From: Octopus bimaculoides
Lineage: Eukaryota
Length of the DNA stretch: 41,867 nt
NCBI RefSeq assembly: GCF_001194135.2
Contig: NC_069002.1
Location: forward strand, 33,714,943 to 33,756,809
Reading direction: 5' to 3'
Positions 35,864 to 41,867 of the stretch are shown here, piece by piece. The translations under genes were made by a program, and so were the position numbers. A model generated the notes under the pieces. The model had not been told where the DNA came from, made no database searches, and worked only from the letters and a program-made list of their open reading frames with translations. Position 1 is the first letter of the stretch. Each line of letters begins with the position of its first letter.

Positions 35864-36959
35864 AATCGTATATACATGCACACATAAGTTTCGATCTCCA
35901 GTAATCAGAGACTACCTGCTAATGCACATATATTGCACTTCATAGCGTTGCTTATTCGGCTATGCTAAAAACAAAATGCTGATAATTTAGAACAATTTCT
36001 CTTAGTTACTAAGCATTGGTAGATTAAATTTCTGCGGGATGTATATTTTGAATTTTGCTTTGGTGTGTTACACACGAATGGGCTGAGTTTATGATTTTCC
36101 ATGATGTAACATTTTTCAAGTGTAGATAATTGTTATAACTCTCTATTTGTTCTTCAAGGAGTTATCATTTCCTTCACAGTATCATATGGCTTCAATTCTT
36201 ATTTCATTCATGTGTGGCTTGTATTGTCCTGACAATATCCATTGGATGTCGGCTATTATAAAAAACATTTATGAATATGGAGATGCCGTATCTAAAACCA
36301 AATACATTTGTTGCTCATGCAAATGAAGAGATTAACGCGCTATCAATTAGTCGTATATCTCCAAAGCAACTATATTGGAGGCTGCATTCATATCGAAGAG
36401 AAACCATTGGGAGGAAATTTCATATATGAATATCAGAAGGGTAGTTCAAATATAACTACTTTATTCAGACAATTTTTCGTATCAGAATCATACAGAGAAT
36501 AAACTGTAGCAATAAACGTCAGATCCGTGTCTTTTCAAGTAATATAGATGAGTTCGATAATTTGCGTTGCCAACGAAAATACTCAAGACGACATTGTGAT
36601 GCAGATGTAGTGTAAAGAAGTAAAGACATAAGTCAACAGTGTAACCATACATTTTTAGGAACGTTCATAGAATATCAATCGTGACACATATAAATATTTA
36701 ATAAAAGTAGTTCTATTGCCCCCGGAGAATTACTAACTCTATTATACACATAAGTGTAGATGGAATTTTACATCACGCTGTCCTGTTATTACAAATGTAT
36801 TTGCGTCCGTCTGAGGATGGCTGTAAAAGATATAGTTTTGCTGACGTAAGAAATTCTCGTCAAAATAAGTAGGTAAGTAGGATTTACACAACAAATATGA
36901 TCTCTCTCGAGATATTCAGTTCTCTCTTTCGTTAGTGCGCAATTTATTATAACCAATCA

Positions 36960-37312
36960 TACGGAGGAGTGGTTGTGTGGTTAGTAGATTGCTTACCTAC
37001 TACATGGTTTCGGGTTCAGCCCCACTGCGTGGCACCTTCGGCGAGTGTGTTCTAGTATGGCCTCTAGCCGACCAAATCCTTTTGAATGGATTTGGTAGAT
37101 GCGAACGGAAAGAAGTCTATCGTATTTCTTTCTGTGTGTGTTTGCTTGTGTGTCTCTGTTTGTCCTCCCATCATAGCTTGACAACGGATGCTGGTGTGTT
37201 TACGTCCCCGTAACACAGCTGTTCGTCAAAAGAGACCGATATAATAAGTACTATGATTACAAAGAATAAGTCCTGGGTTCGATTTTTTCAAGTAGTGGTG
37301 GTGCCCCAGCAT
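36960..37312 (+). mobile_element. SINE family A, near full length, shows the Pol III head
   Basis: ggagtggttgtgtggttag (A-box-like), ggttcagccc (B-box-like, 37013-37022), gcaccttcggcgagtg (resembles the CORE-SINE accttgggcaagt motif), short internal GT tract, body to gtgccccagcat. Confidence 0.92.
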
Positions 37313-37862
37313 AAATACTCGCTCACAAGGGAATTTAATCATCATTACTTGAATTTTATCTACCTATCTATATAGGTATGTATGTATGTATGTATCTCTC
37401 TCTCTCTCTCTCCCTCTCTCTCTCTCTCTCTCCCTCTCTCTCTCTCTCTNNNNNNNNNNNNNNNNNNNNNNNNNNNNNNNNNNNNNNNNNNNNNNNNNNN
37501 NNNNNNNNNNNNNNNNNNNNNNNNNNNNNNNNNNNNNNNNNNNNNNNNNNNNNNNNNNNNNNNNNNNNNNNNNNNNNNNNNNNNNNNNNNNNNNNNNNNN
37601 NNNNNNNNNTATATATATATATATTATTCAGAATGAGAGAGAGAGGGGGAGGATGTATAGACATTTTCTATACAGAAAATAACAATAAATTTCAAGTACA
37701 TGTTATAATGTAACGACACATAGAGTCCTCGAAGAGGCATTCGACAGCATAGGCATATTTTGGGACTCTGTGTATCTTTGGGAAAGCAAATAAATTTTCT
37801 AATAATTTTATGGAAACCTTTTTAATTCAGTGCCCCGATCATTATTTACATGCAACCACTTG

Positions 37863-37895
37863 CCTGATATTCTTCCTGATATTCTTCCTGATATT
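37863..37895. repeat. 12-bp tandem repeat, about 2.75 copies
   Basis: cctgatattctt cctgatattctt cctgatatt. Confidence 0.9.
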
Positions 37896-38577
37896 ACAAA
37901 TTTAAGTTTTAAATTGTTAATATCTTGGCCTTGTTCTATAAGACATTTGGCCAGATCGGATCGAGATGTCCATCACGGTGCAAACATTCTCGTTTCACTC
38001 ATTGATAATTATTTCAGTTGTGTTTGCCTTGATATCCTTGTCAATCGCATGCCACAAATAATTAATCGCGCTTCGTTATCTGGAAACCAGTATGATACAA
38101 GTCTATGTCGTTTCTGCTTCATTTTCATGAGAAAGCATTGTATTGCTGTCCAGTGAATATAGTTATCTATTCGTCCGTGTCTCTTTATTTACTTGGACTT
38201 GGCAAGTACTTGTGAAGTCGGAAATGACGCTGTCGATAATCTCAGTGGAAGTATTGTATATTCTACACCTGTAATCATTAGTTTTCTTTTGTATTTATTT
38301 GTAGTTATTTGCTCTGTGCAGCTGAAATCTGACCAGCTACAGCTTTTTACAGAAATATTATTACGTATTTCCTTCAGTCTTAATCATGATTGTCGAGCTG
38401 TACACAGAGTTCTTCATGAGTAATGCTTACTCACCGAATTTTCAGTACTTATCTTAAAATTCCGTTTTGAATTTCTCTGTTTGTAACATTTATTGTTCTT
38501 TCATATTCATATGTTTTCTTCTACGCAGTCCGATTCAAGTTTCTACATTATTTTCTGATTATATACACAACTTAAAA

Positions 38578-38915
38578 CAGTGAGCTGGTAGAAACGTTAG
38601 CACACCGGGTGAAATGCTTAGCGGTATTTCGTCTGTCTTTACGTTCTTAATCCCTTTGTCAGTCCTTGTTTGTCCCCTCTATGTTTAGCCTCTTGTGGGC
38701 AATAAAGAAATAAGAGTCGTTAGCACACTGATCTAAATGCTTAACGATATTTCGACAGTCGCTACGTTCTCAGTTCAAATTCCGCCAAAGTCAACTTTGC
38801 CTTTCATCCATTCGGGGTCAATAAATTAAGTACCAGTGAAACACTGGGGTCGATGTAATCGACTAGTCCTCTCCCCAGAAATTTCAGGCTTTGTGCATTT
38901 AGTAGAAAGGATTAT
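38578..38915 (+). mobile_element. Head-to-tail dimer of SINE family B
   Basis: Unit 1 (38578-38716): head jumps directly to a type 1 tail, core deleted. Unit 2 (about 38717-38915): starts at gtcgttagcac and has the core and a type 2 tail ending agtagaaaggatta. Confidence 0.88.
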
Positions 38916-41049
38916 ACACATAGCTGATTTGTTTTTTTTCTTTTCTTTTAATATAACAATTATATTAAAATTCTTTTACCTCTCTTCAAATTATATTTCT
39001 TGTCTCATACTTATTCTGTATTAGCAAACGATTTGTTCTAGATGTTATCTCCTTATATGCAAGTTCTTTGTATTGCATTTATATACAGTTGTAATTTATT
39101 GACATCAAAGTGATGTCAGAAGCTCTTAAAGTGTTCTCTAAGTATTTTCAATGTGCCTATTATGAGATGATTCCTTCTTTTATGTCTTCGTTCCCAGAAT
39201 TCTGGTGGACTCATTTTTTCAGATATATAACTTTGGTTACTGTCTGAAATTAATTTAGATGTACATTATCAATTCTTAGAGGTGATACAGCGGATATGCA
39301 TTTGTGATTCCTCTAGGAAATTTTTAAACTCTTCCAAGTAGAGAAGATACTCCATGGAAAACTTGAATTCCGAGATCCACAATAAAATTATGATTTTAGT
39401 CTATGGAATCTGCAATTTGCAACCAAAACCATAAATTATTAGACATGTAATGTTCTTATTTTGAACACATTTGAAGATGGATGGAATTCTAAACTCCATT
39501 GTTTTTAGTATTTAAATAATCCGTTATTGCATTTCGATTCTTATCGCAAGCGTCTATTAATTTCGGCTCTATTTGCATTTCATATCTTCCTTGACAGTAG
39601 AAAAATATAATTTTGTTTGATTCAAAATTTATGCCTCTATTTTAGTATTTTTTATTAGATACTTTACAATTGATTTCTGACAGTTTAATTTTCTCATACG
39701 TCTCTATATGAAGAAAATGCAACCTTTCTAATTACAGGTGAAATATTCAAAACTTCGCCATTATTTTCCTTGAGTGCATGTCAAATGTTAAATAGTTTAG
39801 AATAAAGCTGACAATAATGTAAATAGACGGTAGTAACTGCAAAATGAACCGTATTCTTGTCTATTACTATCTTTTTCTTCATTTATAATTATGTAAAGAA
39901 TTCAAAGAATATATGATATGCCTTTACAAATGCGTTACTATCCTAGATATCTAATATAAAAAGAAATTTATTTTTAACACTTTCTAAGAATGTTTGTGTT
40001 TTTGTACTCAAGGATATCACTTCATGAGACTTTGTATTATAGTTTTATTCTCTCACCTCTGCTTCTTTATCTCACATGGCTATACTGATATTGTCTTCTC
40101 TTCATCGTTACCAATGGTTTTTTTGAAAGACGAATCACATATCAATGCCTCTAGCAATTTAGTGCAGTGTGTGCATGGGAAGATCTTTTGTCGCTGATTA
40201 CCTGCAGCGTATGTTTTAATGTCGACCGCATGCACTGAATAATTTTTCTTCATTTTCTTTCATCGCGTTTATACCAGAAGTCAGCTCAGTGTAACAGGTC
40301 ACCTCAGGGCTTTAACACCGGAAGCAAAGGAGCTGCGAAGGGGATTTTCCATTAGAGTATTCCTCTTCGTATAAATGGCTTCTATTATTTCCTCTTTTGT
40401 CTGTATTTACAGAATATTTTAACGCTTCATTACGACATTCATGACAAACCTACGTTTTCTTGGCGCCACAATAGACATGGTCAAACGTTCCTGTTGCATG
40501 CAGGAGAATCTGTGTAAAGAGTTTCGTGGAAGCAAAGTCCATGCTCTGAATGTTCTCTTTCCTTATTTGATTGCTTCTCTCTTAATCATCATTTTTCACA
40601 ACTATATCAATAATTGCAAAATGCCTTCTGATTTTAGTTAAGTTATGTTTTCCGTGCATGGTTTATGCTGGTTAAGCTTTGTAATGTAAGCTGTAGAGAA
40701 CATGTTACTCTTCCACAATGGTTAACGTTGCTTAATGATTGTTGTATGATACGATTGACAATTAAGATTTGCTTTTTGCCGGTTATTCAGTTACAATTTG
40801 TTTCAAGTTATTTCAGCTTATCATTAAATAATTTCACGTTTCAAGTGCATTCCTACCATACTCCACTCATTTTATCAATTTCAGGTACATTTCAGGCCTC
40901 CAAATCCTTGTATTCTCTGAAATATGTTTCGTGATGATGTGTTTTATCATGATTGGTTAAGTGCTGCAATTATTGGTCTGATCATTCTTGTTTGAAGAGA
41001 TTATACAACAATTAAGCTTCACAGAATACTTTGATTTGCTACCGTTCGT

Positions 41050-41265
41050 AATATATCGGTTTCAAACATTGCAACAAAGCCAGCCAGTTTGGCGGGAATG
41101 GTTAAGTTGATTACATCAACATCAACGTTCAACTGCTATTCCTTTTATCAACCCCAAAAGGATGGAAGGTAAAATCGAACTCGGCAGAATTTGAACACAG
41201 AACGGACGAAATGCTGATAAGCATTTTGCCCAGAGTATTCAGGCTTCTGCCAGCTCAAAGCCTTA
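41050..41265 (-). mobile_element. SINE family B, diverged, tail type 3
   Basis: ttttatcaaccccaaaaggatggaaggtaaaatcgaactcggcagaatttgaacacagaac ... gcttctgccagctc; tail tttgaaaccgatat (minus). Confidence 0.85.
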
Positions 41266-41834
41266 GCGTTATTAACATATTGATTTCTATTTCTTTTTTA
41301 AATATAATAAATTAAAACCATGCATAGATTTTTCTATCTAATATTCTAATTATTGAGAGACCTACACACTTGCATTTATAAGCAATATCGTGGGTGGACC
41401 GGATATAGGGTTTCAGCCGGGATATTTTAAACTTGTCTAGTAGCTCCGATACTCTAGTGGGATTTCATCAAATATTAAGTTGCTTGTTTTTCTGTTCACG
41501 AATAGTTATATATAAATAAGAAGTGATTTTTTTAATACAGTGTTCATTGAAATGTATCACTGCATAATATCAAAATAAAACATAGTTAATCCACTGGTAT
41601 TCTGGTAATTGTAAACGATACATGATTATGTAAAGTAATCATTCCAAATTCTTTCAGCTCACACTAATGTTGGATTTATAGACATTGATCCAATGCGCAA
41701 GTTCAAGTGTAAATTCAATAGCTGAAGAAATCCCAAAGTGAAACAGAAAATAAAGAGGATCATCTTTTTTCCTCTTTGACATTGGTTTTCATCACCATGT
41801 ATATTTGTATGCATGCGTAATGTACACATCTCTG

Positions 41835-41867
<33 letters not shown>

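Noticed and set aside
36811-36840. ctgagga-t-ggctgt...atagtt: possible second hammerhead
   Set aside because: The 5' core is perfect but stem II is mostly GU pairs and the GAAA and stem I partner are absent. At best a relic; recheck if a Penelope consensus is built.
31934-41665. 14-bp inverted match agtgtgagctgaaa (31934-31947 versus 41652-41665) as TIR pair of a 9.7-kb element
   Set aside because: A few 14-mer matches are expected by chance in 42 kb, the match does not extend, and there is no matching TA target or internal transposase.

Overview
AT-rich, repeat-dense eukaryotic non-coding DNA from a gapped short-read assembly. Nine N-runs total about 3.8 kb and nearly all abut TA/CA/CT microsatellites. 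The repeat families look like those of an octopus or other coleoid cephalopod genome; this is inference from recalled repeat sequences, not a search. No intact protein-coding gene can be supported, and almost all track ORFs are microsatellite or gap artefacts. Supported content: (i) at least four tRNA-headed SINE families, labelled A-D here, about 17 copies, some nested, fused or with target-site duplications; (ii) five decayed mariner (D,D34D) relics of several lineages, one very Hsmar1-like; (iii) an R4/Dong-type non-LTR retrotransposon relic whose RT domain is missing, with its 3' end in an (ATT)n SINE tail and a mariner at its 5' side; (iv) many simple, compound and decayed microsatellites. 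Best lead: SINE family D (24569-24860) joins a tRNA-Arg-like Pol III head to a 3' module that folds as a minimal type I hammerhead ribozyme (24761-24806; C3 is G in this copy), suggesting a hammerhead-carrying SINE or retrozyme-like family. Second lead: a zero-spacer palindrome with 61-bp arms, built from SINE sequence, at 20621-20742.
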